IMG/VR virus record: IMGVR_UViG_3300049454_000013
Location: 1 to 50,153 of that record
Source of the DNA: a virus
Taxonomy: Duplodnaviria; Caudoviricetes
Length of the DNA stretch: 50,153 nt
Reading direction: 5' to 3' (one strand)
Positions 18,184 to 28,504 of the stretch are shown here, one piece after another. Made by a program: the position numbers and the translations under genes. The notes below the pieces were generated by a model that saw only the letters and a program-made list of their open reading frames with translations, had not been told where the DNA came from and did not search any database. Within the stretch, counting starts at the first letter, position 1; every line of letters starts with the position of its first letter.

Positions 18184-19457
18184 AATTAATATTTGCAGGC
18201 CCGAGCAGTGTACAAACGTTGAACTATGCAAATTATGTGTATAACTGCACACGTAATGCGAAATGCCAGAAGCGGTATGATGTTCCAATAAGGAATTGGA
18301 GTGATGTTGTATTGTATGCTGATCTTCAATTCGGCGAACCTGAAACGTATGAGATAGAGATCTTAGATGCCTGCAGCGCTTCAGTGTATGCTGTGGTTTC
18401 AACTGATTACATTATAGGGCAGAAGCCGGATTTAAGTTACTACGGAGTGTTTGGAAACATGGTGCCTGTATTCGCCCTTGGGGAATCTGTACGCTGCTTC
18501 ATACTTCGCTTCACATTTACAAAGGCTTCTGTTGAATACATTTATTATACCGAACAGTTTTGTTTTGAGCAGTGCGATGGCTTAATGTACATGCAGGGTT
18601 GTTACCCTAATGAACCGAGGGGCAGCGAGGCAGAAGATTGTAACGGCATTTATTATGGGCTGCATTCAGGCCCAACGGCACCATTGGGAACGCCGAACTA
18701 TAGATATTTCCACTGGGCATACGTGCGCCTGGGTAACATCATTGAACAGAAAAAGAAACTAAGTTTTACAGCATTCAACAATAAGACCATATACAGCACA
18801 AAGCAAACCGCTGAATATTTGCTACAGTTTGAAAGGGTACCCACATTTTACCAGCGCGTTATTTCGGGGGTTATAGGTATAGGTAATATTAAAGTTGATG
18901 GTGTGGGATGGAAGCTTGCCGATGAACAGGAATTCCAGATAGCTGATTTGGATTCGCAGTTCTGGAATATGGATATACTGTTAGATGAACAATGCGATAT
19001 GGCTTTCGGATGTGGCCCGCGTGATTGTGAGTTACCAGATATAAGTTGTTGCACGCCGGAAGTTACATTGGCAACGGCTACAAACCCAGTGAGTGCAAGG
19101 ATTACCAATATAAATTCTACACTTTCAATCACCGCTATTTATACAATTTCGGGGCCCCCTTACTTACCAGGAGATACAAGGCTGATGACAGTTACGGGCG
19201 GTTACCCAATAGGGCCTAACCAATTCCGTGATGCCGCTGTACATGCAGATCATGACGGCCTGAGCAATTTGATAGTTGTTGTTTATTTTAGCGGGGTTCC
19301 GTGTTTTGCTATTAACCTGAAAGTGATAGACAGCGATGCAGTAAGCCAGTGCCCAGGGTTTCAAAACTGCTTAGTGCCTATTATTCAGACAACGACAAAC
19401 CAGCGTTTAGCTAATGCAGAAACCTGGAGCATTCGGCTTTCAGCAGACGCATGTTAA
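18180..19457 (+). CDS. tail structural protein (Cys-rich)
   Basis: Position in the tail module; beta-rich. Confidence 0.55.
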   Translation: MKLIFAGPSSVQTLNYANYVYNCTRNAKCQKRYDVPIRNWSDVVLYADLQFGEPETYEIEILDACSASVYAVVSTDYIIGQKPDLSYYGVFGNMVPVFALGESVRCFILRFTFTKASVEYIYYTEQFCFEQCDGLMYMQGCYPNEPRGSEAEDCNGIYYGLHSGPTAPLGTPNYRYFHWAYVRLGNIIEQKKKLSFTAFNNKTIYSTKQTAEYLLQFERVPTFYQRVISGVIGIGNIKVDGVGWKLADEQEFQIADLDSQFWNMDILLDEQCDMAFGCGPRDCELPDISCCTPEVTLATATNPVSARITNINSTLSITAIYTISGPPYLPGDTRLMTVTGGYPIGPNQFRDAAVHADHDGLSNLIVVVYFSGVPCFAINLKVIDSDAVSQCPGFQNCLVPIIQTTTNQRLANAETWSIRLSADAC

Positions 19458-19466
19458 ATAAAAACT

Positions 19467-20144
19467 ATGGCAACGAGAGTATTGACAATAAATTTTATAG
19501 CATGTACGCCCGCGCCCGCGAATGGCTACATTGTTCTTTGGCGTTTGGTTGGCAGCGTTGGGGCATATACCAATGCCGGTAATTTTCCGTCATCGCCTGC
19601 TATAATAACGATTGAAGGGGTTGACGCCGATGCAGAGTTTGAAGGTTTTATAAAGGCCGATTGCGGTTTCGGTAATGTGGGTAATGGCTTCGGCTTTAAT
19701 ACAGTTGGTAGCGGGGGCGGTAGTGGTTCAGGAGCAAGTGCGGGGGGAAGTGGTTCAGGCCCTACGGCTGGCATTGGAGAAATAAGAGTGTTGGCAAATT
19801 GTGGAACCACTGAGCATCAGATCAATAATGTAGAGTTTAAAACACCTGTTCCGGGAATTGACCCCGCTGTACAGGCAGGGGTGCCGGGAGATTACCCGGT
19901 ATTACCAGGGGAAGTGAGGGTTTCATCAATTACGAATTATGGCACAGGTGATTTACAGATATTTTTTGATGAAGATATATTTCCACTGAGTATTCGCATA
20001 CGTGATTCAAATGGAAATATACAGTGCGGTAATTCTACAAGTGGCCCAGGGATAGATAATGCAATGGTATTTACGGGCGTTGTAATGAATGCCGATCCTG
20101 ATTTCACATGGTATATAGAATTAAGTTGCACACCGTGTCCGTAG
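19467..20144 (+). CDS. virion protein with Fn3-like domain, Gly/Ser linker and second beta domain
   Basis: GY.V.WR...Y...G pattern; GSGGGSGSGASAGGSGSG linker. Confidence 0.55.
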   Translation: MATRVLTINFIACTPAPANGYIVLWRLVGSVGAYTNAGNFPSSPAIITIEGVDADAEFEGFIKADCGFGNVGNGFGFNTVGSGGGSGSGASAGGSGSGPTAGIGEIRVLANCGTTEHQINNVEFKTPVPGIDPAVQAGVPGDYPVLPGEVRVSSITNYGTGDLQIFFDEDIFPLSIRIRDSNGNIQCGNSTSGPGIDNAMVFTGVVMNADPDFTWYIELSCTPCP

Positions 20145-20176
20145 AATGATTTAATTTCGGCAAAACTTTTTATTAC

Positions 20177-21232
20177 ATGAAAAATACCGTTAATCTTCAT
20201 TTACTTTCTATGGTAGCAAACAATTACCCAGGAGTTGCAACCGACATAAACTTAGTTTGTGGAGGCAATAAGGCAACGTTCACGCCGGGGTATATTATCT
20301 ACGACACAGTACCGGGCCCCCTTGCTGTTTCATTCACACAGGACGTTGATTTAGTGAATGCAGCAATCGTTGAGGGTTCAGCGTGGAAAGTTGCAACCAA
20401 AATAATTGACTGTTTAGGGGCAACCAAAATAGTTAGTGAACCTTTCTTCGATGTTATAGCAGCAGCACAGGCATGTTGCGGTTCCTCTATTCCAGTAGGT
20501 GCCTTTGTATTTAAAGTATCCCCCTTTGCATTAACCCCAGGCGGTACTTACCCATGTGCTGCACCTGCAGCGTTCAAATGGATGAGTACGATACCTGCAG
20601 ACGATCCGGCAACCTATAACGTGAAGTTCATTGCCATACTGAAGGATTCGGCGAATGCCAATGCAATGACAATATTACTTTCTGACTTCGCGCCGGATCA
20701 GGACACCGTGCAGGTGAACAGCCTTACCCTGAATTGGGCAAATGATTTTATTGGCAAAACCGATGGTGTAAAAACTTTGGTAGCTAATACTGTTACTGCC
20801 CCAGGTGCAAACGACAGGTTGGTATCGTTCTATGACGGTGGAACCATTACCGTGCGCACACTGGTTTCAAAACTTGTGGGTGAAGATTTGGTACCTGTTG
20901 CAGATACACAGCAGATATTTGCCCTGCCCGCTTCCCTTTGCGCCTGCAATATTATTTGTAACTGGTCACACACTGGTAACGATAATGGCAATGGCCTCAT
21001 TACAGTGAATGGTGATACAGTAGTGGATTCAAATGCTACGGGCGAAGCAGGACAGTTCATTGTTCACCCAGGCGATTCAATTACAGCTACGGCGAGTATT
21101 TCATCAACCTGTGTTGTTGATGTTGATAGCAGCGTTTCAGGTGATTTGGATCCTGAAACCGATACCTTTACCTGGGCTCCTGTTTGTGGACATGTATATA
21201 CAATTACTCTGCAAACCAATACAGGGGAGTAA
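20177..21232 (+). CDS. multi-domain virion/tail accessory protein
   Basis: Thr/Val/Asp-rich beta domains separated by CC/CxC motifs. Confidence 0.55.
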   Translation: MKNTVNLHLLSMVANNYPGVATDINLVCGGNKATFTPGYIIYDTVPGPLAVSFTQDVDLVNAAIVEGSAWKVATKIIDCLGATKIVSEPFFDVIAAAQACCGSSIPVGAFVFKVSPFALTPGGTYPCAAPAAFKWMSTIPADDPATYNVKFIAILKDSANANAMTILLSDFAPDQDTVQVNSLTLNWANDFIGKTDGVKTLVANTVTAPGANDRLVSFYDGGTITVRTLVSKLVGEDLVPVADTQQIFALPASLCACNIICNWSHTGNDNGNGLITVNGDTVVDSNATGEAGQFIVHPGDSITATASISSTCVVDVDSSVSGDLDPETDTFTWAPVCGHVYTITLQTNTGE

Positions 21233-21427
21233 CTTAGTTTATATATCCGTTCGGTTCGAATCTATAGGAACGTGCAAAACTTGTACGTTCCTTTTTTTTC
21301 TCTATCTTAGTCCTGTAATTGCACTCACTCTGTTGCCTTGTACGGGCTTAAAGTACACACACGAATTCCTTTCTTTTTAACCTTCAAATATTTCTGTATG
21401 TTTCAAAAACTTCTTATTCGTTACCTC

Positions 21428-22024
21428 ATGCCCTACCTGTCAGGGCCTGCATGTACAATTTCTGAAGGATGCGCAGAGCCGGATTTTCCGGTATCAGTTG
21501 CAAACTGTTTCTGCACTGTAGCAGTCGGCGGTTTGAATGAACTGTATTTTATTCCATGCACCGAGGTATTCAGTGAAGCTAATGTTACCGATGTGGCATG
21601 GTGGCAAGGGCTGATTGATGATGGCTTACTGGGTCGTTCAGGAGTTGGTTTGGGTTCTATTGCAAAGCTTTCTGATGTAAAGGACAGAACAGGAAGCTGC
21701 AGAACAGAACAGGTTACAGGTATTACCTGGGGGGCAACGTTCGGTATCAAATGTTTCGACAAAACCAGCGCCCGCAGTACATGTGCTAAAATGAATGAGC
21801 TGATTTTGAATGCATCGTCTTATCTCGTTGTTGCGCGTATGTGCGATGGTGATGATAATATTTTGCCTATTGGAAAATTTGATACGAATGATTTCGATTG
21901 GCAGGTTCCTGATAACGTGGATGAAAACCAGTTGGCACAGATCGTTCTGGCATGGAAAGAACTCGGTTTCCCATGCACAGTAGATGTGCCGGGCCTTTCT
22001 GTTGTGCTTCCGAAACTGAGATAA
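21428..22024 (+). CDS. probable major tail (tube) protein
   Basis: ~200 aa, acidic, with its own leader and regulatory pseudoknot. Start is ATG 21428 or 21398. Confidence 0.5.
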   Translation: MPYLSGPACTISEGCAEPDFPVSVANCFCTVAVGGLNELYFIPCTEVFSEANVTDVAWWQGLIDDGLLGRSGVGLGSIAKLSDVKDRTGSCRTEQVTGITWGATFGIKCFDKTSARSTCAKMNELILNASSYLVVARMCDGDDNILPIGKFDTNDFDWQVPDNVDENQLAQIVLAWKELGFPCTVDVPGLSVVLPKLR

Positions 22025-22048
22025 TTTTCCACGTAAATACGGAACCAA

Positions 22049-23848
22049 ATGCAGTTCAATGATGATACTGAACTGATCAAGCTGGTTAAGGTTGCGAAGC
22101 TACCTGACTGGCAAGATCGCAGTTTTAAAAAGAATTCTGAGGCGATACAAGTACATAGCCGGGGGGAGATCTTCTATAAAATAGACAGGTTATTTCCTAA
22201 TGAACATCCGGAAAGTAAATTGCATCGCATACTGTCATTTGAATCAGTTACCGAAGGTTCATTCGGAAGGGCTGCAAATAATGTGAACCGTATTTTTAAG
22301 AACAGCAGTTACACGGTAGAAGCCAGCGAAAGGACATTGCAGATCGCTTCAGCCCATACGTTTCACGGGAAAAACTTTTATCATTACTTTCTGGATGAGT
22401 GGGAGAAATGGGCATTGCGTGAGGACCCAAATGCACGTATTGCTTTTTACCCGCCTAAATATATTGACAGGGGTTACCCTGTTTGTGCATTCGTTGGCAG
22501 TGAGTTTGTTAAGCATATTGATGAAGATACGGTAGTGTTCATCAGTGAGGAAGAAAGCGAGCTAAAGTGGGAATTAGTGGAGAAAAGGGTTTCCAGTGAA
22601 ACGTTTTACGATCAGTCTATTAATATGTGGAATTCCAGGCAGGCCACTGAAGCAACGTTCACGGCAAAATTGGAGTTCAGTGTTATTAGAGCAGTGTACC
22701 ATGTGTTCGACAGGAACAAAGGCTTTTACCGGATTGAACAATTGAAGGAAGCAAACCAGTTCGAAGTTGAACACTTTCCAATTAGCAAACCGTTCATGCC
22801 GGTAACTGATGTTGGAGGCATGAAAGGAAAGAAGGGAATTAACAAAAGCTTCCTGTACCCTTTCGTACCATTCGGGAACCTTGCACTGCTTCAGCATTCA
22901 CAACATACCGCTGTAAACTTCACGTTCTCTTTCCCCCGTATGTCGGAAGTACAGGGCCCATGCGATGCCCCAGGGTGCAATGAAGGCCGTATAGATTGCG
23001 AGGTAACGGAACAGTTCCCGGAAGGTTGGAAGCCTTGTCGCGCGTGCGCGGGCACAGGTAACAGGGCTAACCAAACGCCCTATAAAATTTACATTAAGAA
23101 GCTTGACCCTTCTGGAATGGAAGGCGACAATAAGCACCTGGAATATGACGATGTAAAATACTATACCCCTGAAACATCGATCCTAGACTATTCCAAAAAT
23201 GAATGGAAGGATTATTTAAACATGGCAGAGCAGGCGGTATATGTGCAGCAGCGTGTTCAAACTGGTAATGTTGAGAGTGCCGACAGTAAAAGGGTTACCG
23301 AGGGGGATATGTATAGTTTCCTTGCAAAAGTAGGAGCGGTATATTTTGGTAAAATGCGTTTCGGTCTGCAGTGTATTGAGAATTACAATGTAGGTAACCC
23401 CAGTGAAGTAGTTGTTAATAAGCCGTACAGCTATGCGATATTGACGGAAGCGGAAGCATTCGAATCGTTGAAAAATATGCTTACCTCTGAAGTGCCCATT
23501 CTGCTTAAAGCCAGCAATGTAGACAGCTTTATTAATAAGTTTATTTCCGAAAGCTCACCGTTAAGAAAATTCATTGAAGTACTGAAGCTGGTTGACCCAT
23601 TATTATATTATACGAATGTGGATTTACCAACGCTAAAGAGTAATGGAATTATTACAGCGGAACAATGGGCAGATCATGTTTTCTCTTTCGCCGTACTGCA
23701 GGCGATGTACATGGAAGATAAAAACCTGTTCTTAGAGGAACCGACTGATATTGCAGAACTTGTAAAGGAGGATTTGATTGAGTTCAGGCCGAAGCCTAAT
23801 AATGATTTGCGTAACCGTTTTATTGACAGTGGCAATGCAGCAGAATAA
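22049..23848 (+). CDS. probable portal protein with inserted CxxCxGxG Zn finger
   Basis: 599 aa, first gene of the head module; CDAPGCNEG...CRACAGTG; ESA..K..D-like motif. Confidence 0.7.
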   Translation: MQFNDDTELIKLVKVAKLPDWQDRSFKKNSEAIQVHSRGEIFYKIDRLFPNEHPESKLHRILSFESVTEGSFGRAANNVNRIFKNSSYTVEASERTLQIASAHTFHGKNFYHYFLDEWEKWALREDPNARIAFYPPKYIDRGYPVCAFVGSEFVKHIDEDTVVFISEEESELKWELVEKRVSSETFYDQSINMWNSRQATEATFTAKLEFSVIRAVYHVFDRNKGFYRIEQLKEANQFEVEHFPISKPFMPVTDVGGMKGKKGINKSFLYPFVPFGNLALLQHSQHTAVNFTFSFPRMSEVQGPCDAPGCNEGRIDCEVTEQFPEGWKPCRACAGTGNRANQTPYKIYIKKLDPSGMEGDNKHLEYDDVKYYTPETSILDYSKNEWKDYLNMAEQAVYVQQRVQTGNVESADSKRVTEGDMYSFLAKVGAVYFGKMRFGLQCIENYNVGNPSEVVVNKPYSYAILTEAEAFESLKNMLTSEVPILLKASNVDSFINKFISESSPLRKFIEVLKLVDPLLYYTNVDLPTLKSNGIITAEQWADHVFSFAVLQAMYMEDKNLFLEEPTDIAELVKEDLIEFRPKPNNDLRNRFIDSGNAAE

Positions 23849-24699
23849 TGACAGTAGAAGATTACATAGAAAACCTGAACCGCCTAAAGGGGGATGCAGT
23901 AGGCCGGTTCGCTGATCTTTCAGCTACAGAAAGGCGGTTGGTTGATGGCTCCTTTGATTGGCTTATTGATAATCTAAAAATACAGAAAGGGCAGGTGCAG
24001 CCTGATACAGAATTGACCCAGGCAATGAATGATTTTGTGGGTGCGGTTAATTCAATTATAAATGGCGATGGCACATTCAACAGTAAGTTAACGCAGTTCC
24101 TTTCTGACCTGAGTAAGATACAGGCCAACAATAAGCGCTTTCACATTACTACAAACAAGTTCAATATTGAGACTGCAGGGGTTTCCGAAATACAGAAAAC
24201 AGTAGTGAATGAAATCATTGACCAGTATACGGGCAACGGTCTGAATTCTAATTTTACGGTGCCGTTGAGAGATCTTATATACAGGAACATCCTGGGCGGC
24301 ATGAACATGCGTGAAGCCCGTGGAGTGCTGCAGAATTACATTATGAGCGGAAAGGATAACAGCGGCAAGCTTTCACAGTACCTTAACCAAACGGCACAGC
24401 AGGCGGTGGACAGTTACACGGGGATGATTAACCAGCAGTTGCAAAAGGAATTTAAGTTTACTGGGTATATAATTTCCGGTTCCCTTATAGTAACAAGTTC
24501 TGCACAATGTGTATATGCTATTCAACATTCAGATAGTGGATATCTTAGCTTTAAAGAATGGCAGAAGGTTTTAGCAATTGCGCGGGCCAATGGCAGGGCA
24601 CCATTGATTGAAGGAACCAACATTGCCAATTTGCCTATAAATAAATTGCATTGGGGGTGCAGGCATGATTTCACCCCAATTATTCAGAAAGAAAACTAA
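23848..24699 (+). CDS. head morphogenesis/minor capsid protein (Mu gpF-like)
   Basis: Follows the portal gene; C-terminal LHWGCRH. Confidence 0.7.
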   Translation: MTVEDYIENLNRLKGDAVGRFADLSATERRLVDGSFDWLIDNLKIQKGQVQPDTELTQAMNDFVGAVNSIINGDGTFNSKLTQFLSDLSKIQANNKRFHITTNKFNIETAGVSEIQKTVVNEIIDQYTGNGLNSNFTVPLRDLIYRNILGGMNMREARGVLQNYIMSGKDNSGKLSQYLNQTAQQAVDSYTGMINQQLQKEFKFTGYIISGSLIVTSSAQCVYAIQHSDSGYLSFKEWQKVLAIARANGRAPLIEGTNIANLPINKLHWGCRHDFTPIIQKEN

Positions 24700-24704
24700 G
24701 TAGT

Positions 24705-25718
24705 ATGTATCCAAAAAGCGCCTTATGTGATCAAGTTGAATGCCTGGAAACATTGTTGGGCCTACGTTCAAAATGTACGGGCGGCACTAACTGTTACCCT
24801 TTTTATGTAGAGGATATTCAGGGGGTTGATATAAAAACGCTGTCTAAAATTGCGAAGGGTTCGAACCTTTCGGGAGCCGATTTTGCTCAACAACTTATTA
24901 ACAGTTCTGCCCGGCAAATGGTAGGCGATATAGAGTTGTTGATAAACGGTGGATATAACATGCCAAATATTGTAGGGGAAGTCTGTAGCATGTGCCAGCA
25001 CTTGCCTACATATACAGCCGATGCCGGTATAGTGGTAAAATCTTTAGTGCAAAGCAGGTTCCAGGAACTGAGACTTACTAAGCTGCAGATACTGGCAAAC
25101 GTTACAGGGGTGAGGCAACTGGAAATTATTGACGGTATAGAAACTAAGTTTACCAATGTTAACCTGACAGCGGGCGTTATTATACCTGTGAACCTGGAAT
25201 ACAAAACCAGTGCGAGAAGTGTACAGATTAAGTTTACTGATCCAACGGTACCATTGGGGCAAATCTATTGTGCTACAAATACATCGTGCGGCTGTGGGGG
25301 TGTACAGAACCCTAATGCTTCCCGTGTAATACAAATAACGGGGCTGCAGGCGGGCAATGAAGTTTCAACACAATACGGCTTCCTCCCGTGCGCGTCAGTA
25401 ACGTGTAGCTTCGACAGCCTTGTGTGTGCAATGATCAAGAACACGCCAAAAGTATTCGGGCTTACCCTGCTTTATAAATTCGGGGAACAGTACTTCCTGC
25501 ATCGTAATGCTTCCGATAGAAACAATGAAGCGGTGAGCATGAATGAAGCTGATGAAGGGGAAGTGACAAAAGATTACGGGAAACTGTACTGGTCACGTTT
25601 ACAGGGCGGTAGTATGAAACTGGGAGTTAAGACGGTAATAAGTGACTTCCTGAAGCACAACAAAGATAAATGTGTGGTATGCGATTCTAAAACTGTGCAG
25701 GGGCATGTAACAGGATGA
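24705..25718 (+). CDS. Cys-rich structural protein (head-tail connector candidate)
   Basis: Position in the head module. Confidence 0.5.
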   Translation: MYPKSALCDQVECLETLLGLRSKCTGGTNCYPFYVEDIQGVDIKTLSKIAKGSNLSGADFAQQLINSSARQMVGDIELLINGGYNMPNIVGEVCSMCQHLPTYTADAGIVVKSLVQSRFQELRLTKLQILANVTGVRQLEIIDGIETKFTNVNLTAGVIIPVNLEYKTSARSVQIKFTDPTVPLGQIYCATNTSCGCGGVQNPNASRVIQITGLQAGNEVSTQYGFLPCASVTCSFDSLVCAMIKNTPKVFGLTLLYKFGEQYFLHRNASDRNNEAVSMNEADEGEVTKDYGKLYWSRLQGGSMKLGVKTVISDFLKHNKDKCVVCDSKTVQGHVTG

Positions 25719-26296
25719 CAAATTTTACATCAAATATTGATGAACTGATAGAGAAATTCAGAGTGATTGCTGAACGGGCATCACAGGTTGATATTGCCAC
25801 TGCATTAGAAGCGGGCGTTAATGCTGCAAGGGGTAAGATGGAATTCAGAATATTTAATGATGGTGAAGATTCGGAAGGGAATAAATTGGGAAAGTATGTT
25901 GGTAAAAAAACCGGGCTGAGTGCAAAGAACAAAAAGAAGATACTGGGCAAAGATGAGAACCGGAAGTTTTTAGCAGGAGCACAGAAAGCTTTTTCCCCTT
26001 ATGAAAAGAAACGTATTAAAGCAGGCAGGCAGATACGTTATAAGGATTTTGAAAACACGGGAACATTACGGCGCGGCATTGTTGTACTGCGTGAAACCGA
26101 AAAGCGCGTTATATGTGCAATACCCAGTGCCGAATTGCGTACCATTGCAAAGGGATTGGAGGAACAGACAGGGAAGATATTAGGAAAGGGAACATTGAAA
26201 GTATTTGCAGCCAGTAAGAGTGAAAGGCAGGTTTTGATTGATAATACTACGGAAGCTTTAAAACAACTGTATGATAGGATTCTCAATTCTGAGTAA
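25715..26296 (+). CDS. virion morphogenesis/neck protein (Mu gpG-like)
   Basis: Basic protein with RIF..G.D..G and TGTLRR motifs. Confidence 0.55.
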   Translation: MTNFTSNIDELIEKFRVIAERASQVDIATALEAGVNAARGKMEFRIFNDGEDSEGNKLGKYVGKKTGLSAKNKKKILGKDENRKFLAGAQKAFSPYEKKRIKAGRQIRYKDFENTGTLRRGIVVLRETEKRVICAIPSAELRTIAKGLEEQTGKILGKGTLKVFAASKSERQVLIDNTTEALKQLYDRILNSE

Positions 26297-26834
26297 TTTA
26301 TTCGATGCCATTATTAACACTGGTTATGTTACCGGCGTTTACCATACTGTTATACAGAAAAAAGACAGCAAGGGACATATATACCCTGTTGCGCCTGTTG
26401 GTAATAAATTCAAACCCCTGGGCCCAAATGATTCCAAAGGCTTTTACTGTTACTGCAGGCAAGTAGGAACGGTTGATAATATAAAGGAGGAAAGAATAGG
26501 GGGGTGCAATGGCAAGGAATATACATTACAGATTCAGCACAGGTTAGTATTTTATAACCAGGATGAGGAAAGGAACCATGAAGATATATTTGCGCTGATG
26601 ATGAAAGCTGTAATGTCAATAGGCGCAACTGTGAAATTTCAGAAGGGCATTACCGTCCCGGAACAGGTTGCAATTGTAGAGGCACCGACAGGTAAATACT
26701 CTTTCCAGGTCACAACCTTTTACCGTGCTATCGAATTTTTTGTACTTTTGAAACTACAGGCAGATGATTGTGAGGCTGAAATTAGATGCAAAGGAGTAGC
26801 AAACCCATATTGTAAACCAGTAGCGCAGGCATGA
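26271..26834 (+). CDS. putative tail terminator/neck protein
   Basis: Position after the gpG-like gene; size fits. Confidence 0.4.
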   Translation: MIGFSILSNLFDAIINTGYVTGVYHTVIQKKDSKGHIYPVAPVGNKFKPLGPNDSKGFYCYCRQVGTVDNIKEERIGGCNGKEYTLQIQHRLVFYNQDEERNHEDIFALMMKAVMSIGATVKFQKGITVPEQVAIVEAPTGKYSFQVTTFYRAIEFFVLLKLQADDCEAEIRCKGVANPYCKPVAQA

Positions 26835-26864
26835 TAATTGACAGGATTAAACTTAGTTTCGGTC

Positions 26865-27122
26865 ATGCAAAAAAAGCCCGGTATGAGCCCTATCGAAGAA
26901 AAAGAAATTAGGGGGTTAAGTATTAAGAATTTGATTGCCATTGTTAGCTGTACAGTGGCAATTGTATCCAGCGTTCTTACTACTTACTTCTTAATGAAAA
27001 GCGAAATTCAGGAATTAAAAAACAGCAAGGTATATGATGAAAAGATTTTGGATATGAGATTTAAGTTACTGGAAACAAAGTATGACTTATTACAGGCCCA
27101 GGTAAACGAGATAAAAAAATGA
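26865..27122 (+). CDS. single-TM coiled-coil protein (possible lysis accessory)
   Basis: One TM helix followed by a coiled coil. Confidence 0.5.
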   Translation: MQKKPGMSPIEEKEIRGLSIKNLIAIVSCTVAIVSSVLTTYFLMKSEIQELKNSKVYDEKILDMRFKLLETKYDLLQAQVNEIKK

Positions 27123-27463
27123 GTTGTTGTTGCACGAACACGCTTTCACTTTGTAAAGTTCCCATGTGTGGGGATGATGCATTTATAAAGACAGGTGCAA
27201 CAGCTACAGATGCAGGGGAATACAAATTGGTAGTTAATTTCCTGGGCAATGATTTCACCATACGTAAGACGTTCGAGATCGGTGATGATTTAAATTTCCC
27301 TTCAGCGGGGCTGAATGAGTACTATGTTTTTAGAGGCAGGATATATAAGCCGGATGGCACGGCATTGGTAATAACAGTGGGGGAGGGTGAAGATGCAATA
27401 GATTACGATTGCATATATTTTGAAACGATAATGAACTACGAAGTTCCCAATCCAGGTTCCTAA
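27119..27463 (+). CDS. small structural protein with N-terminal CCC
   Basis: ATGA overlap; beta-rich. Confidence 0.55.
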   Translation: MSCCCTNTLSLCKVPMCGDDAFIKTGATATDAGEYKLVVNFLGNDFTIRKTFEIGDDLNFPSAGLNEYYVFRGRIYKPDGTALVITVGEGEDAIDYDCIYFETIMNYEVPNPGS

Positions 27464-27478
27464 ACACAATACATATAT

Positions 27479-27937
27479 ATGCTTTCCGAATTCATTCTAC
27501 TGATGTTAATGGGTTTTGTTCCTGCATGTTTTTCATACTTGCTGGATTATTGTTTAGGGTTACCGGGGAGTGAGAATGATATTCACACTAAAGAAATATT
27601 TTTCCCCTACACTCTTTGGTTGGCACGCAGGCGGTTGAAACAGCATAATCTTTTGAAGGCCAAAGAAACTTTTTTTTATGCACAACTGAATAGCGATGAT
27701 GCAAGCGTGCGGAAGGATGCAGTAAGAATGATGAAGGTTACAATTGTGACAGAGGGAAGGAAGTTCTTTACCTGGGAGTATATGGTAGGCATGTGTATAT
27801 TTTGTACGGGGTTTTGGATTGCCGAGCTTACGGCGCTGATCTGTTTATTTTATGGGCCTCATTTGGTACACTTCAGCCCGGCGCTTCTGTTCATATTTTT
27901 GCCAATTTTTTCACACACTATATTACGTAAATTTTAA
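27479..27937 (+). CDS. membrane protein with GxCxxC motif
   Basis: Three hydrophobic segments; GMCIFCTGFW. Confidence 0.6.
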   Translation: MLSEFILLMLMGFVPACFSYLLDYCLGLPGSENDIHTKEIFFPYTLWLARRRLKQHNLLKAKETFFYAQLNSDDASVRKDAVRMMKVTIVTEGRKFFTWEYMVGMCIFCTGFWIAELTALICLFYGPHLVHFSPALLFIFLPIFSHTILRKF

Positions 27938-27947
27938 ACTGTTAACA

Positions 27948-28472
27948 ATGGAAAACTTTTTGGAAGTATATAACCCACAGAATGCAAAGAGCCTCACAGA
28001 AGATCAGGTTAGCGCAATGCAGAACCTGACGGCTGATGAAATACATGCACTTGCAAAAAAATATCCGAACCCTGCAATTCAGAAAACATATTTGATCCTG
28101 AAGGACAAAAACAAAACGGGCAAGACACAATTGTACCCTCGCAGTACATGGCCCAATTTATCCTCCCTCATCCGCATCGGGCAGGTACAGTTTATACCGT
28201 TAACGTTCGCTGCATTGTTCAACAATTCAATGCGTGATGTTAAATTGCCGGTAGGCCCTGCACAGGATTTAACGCTACATGATTTAAATACTGCCCCAGG
28301 GTTAAAGAAAGCCGAAGAGCAGAACTTAACAGTTACAGATAAAGGGGTAGGGGTTGGCGATAATGATGAAGATGATTTTGATGAAGTTGCATTGGAAGCA
28401 GCAAAGAAAGCAGGCGGCAAGGTTGTTACAAAGGCAGCGAAACCTATACCTGGAAAGAAAGCAGGCAAGTAA
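27948..28472 (+). CDS. hypothetical protein, acidic then Lys-rich tail
   Basis: Likely start MENFL. Confidence 0.6.
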   Translation: MENFLEVYNPQNAKSLTEDQVSAMQNLTADEIHALAKKYPNPAIQKTYLILKDKNKTGKTQLYPRSTWPNLSSLIRIGQVQFIPLTFAALFNNSMRDVKLPVGPAQDLTLHDLNTAPGLKKAEEQNLTVTDKGVGVGDNDEDDFDEVALEAAKKAGGKVVTKAAKPIPGKKAGK

Positions 28473-28504
28473 TTTTTAACGTATACACAAATAAACTTTT
28501 TTAG

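Noticed and set aside
19700-19765. Gly/Ser repeat as a DGR variable region or tandem repeat
   Set aside because: It is a simple flexible linker; no reverse transcriptase or template repeat was seen.
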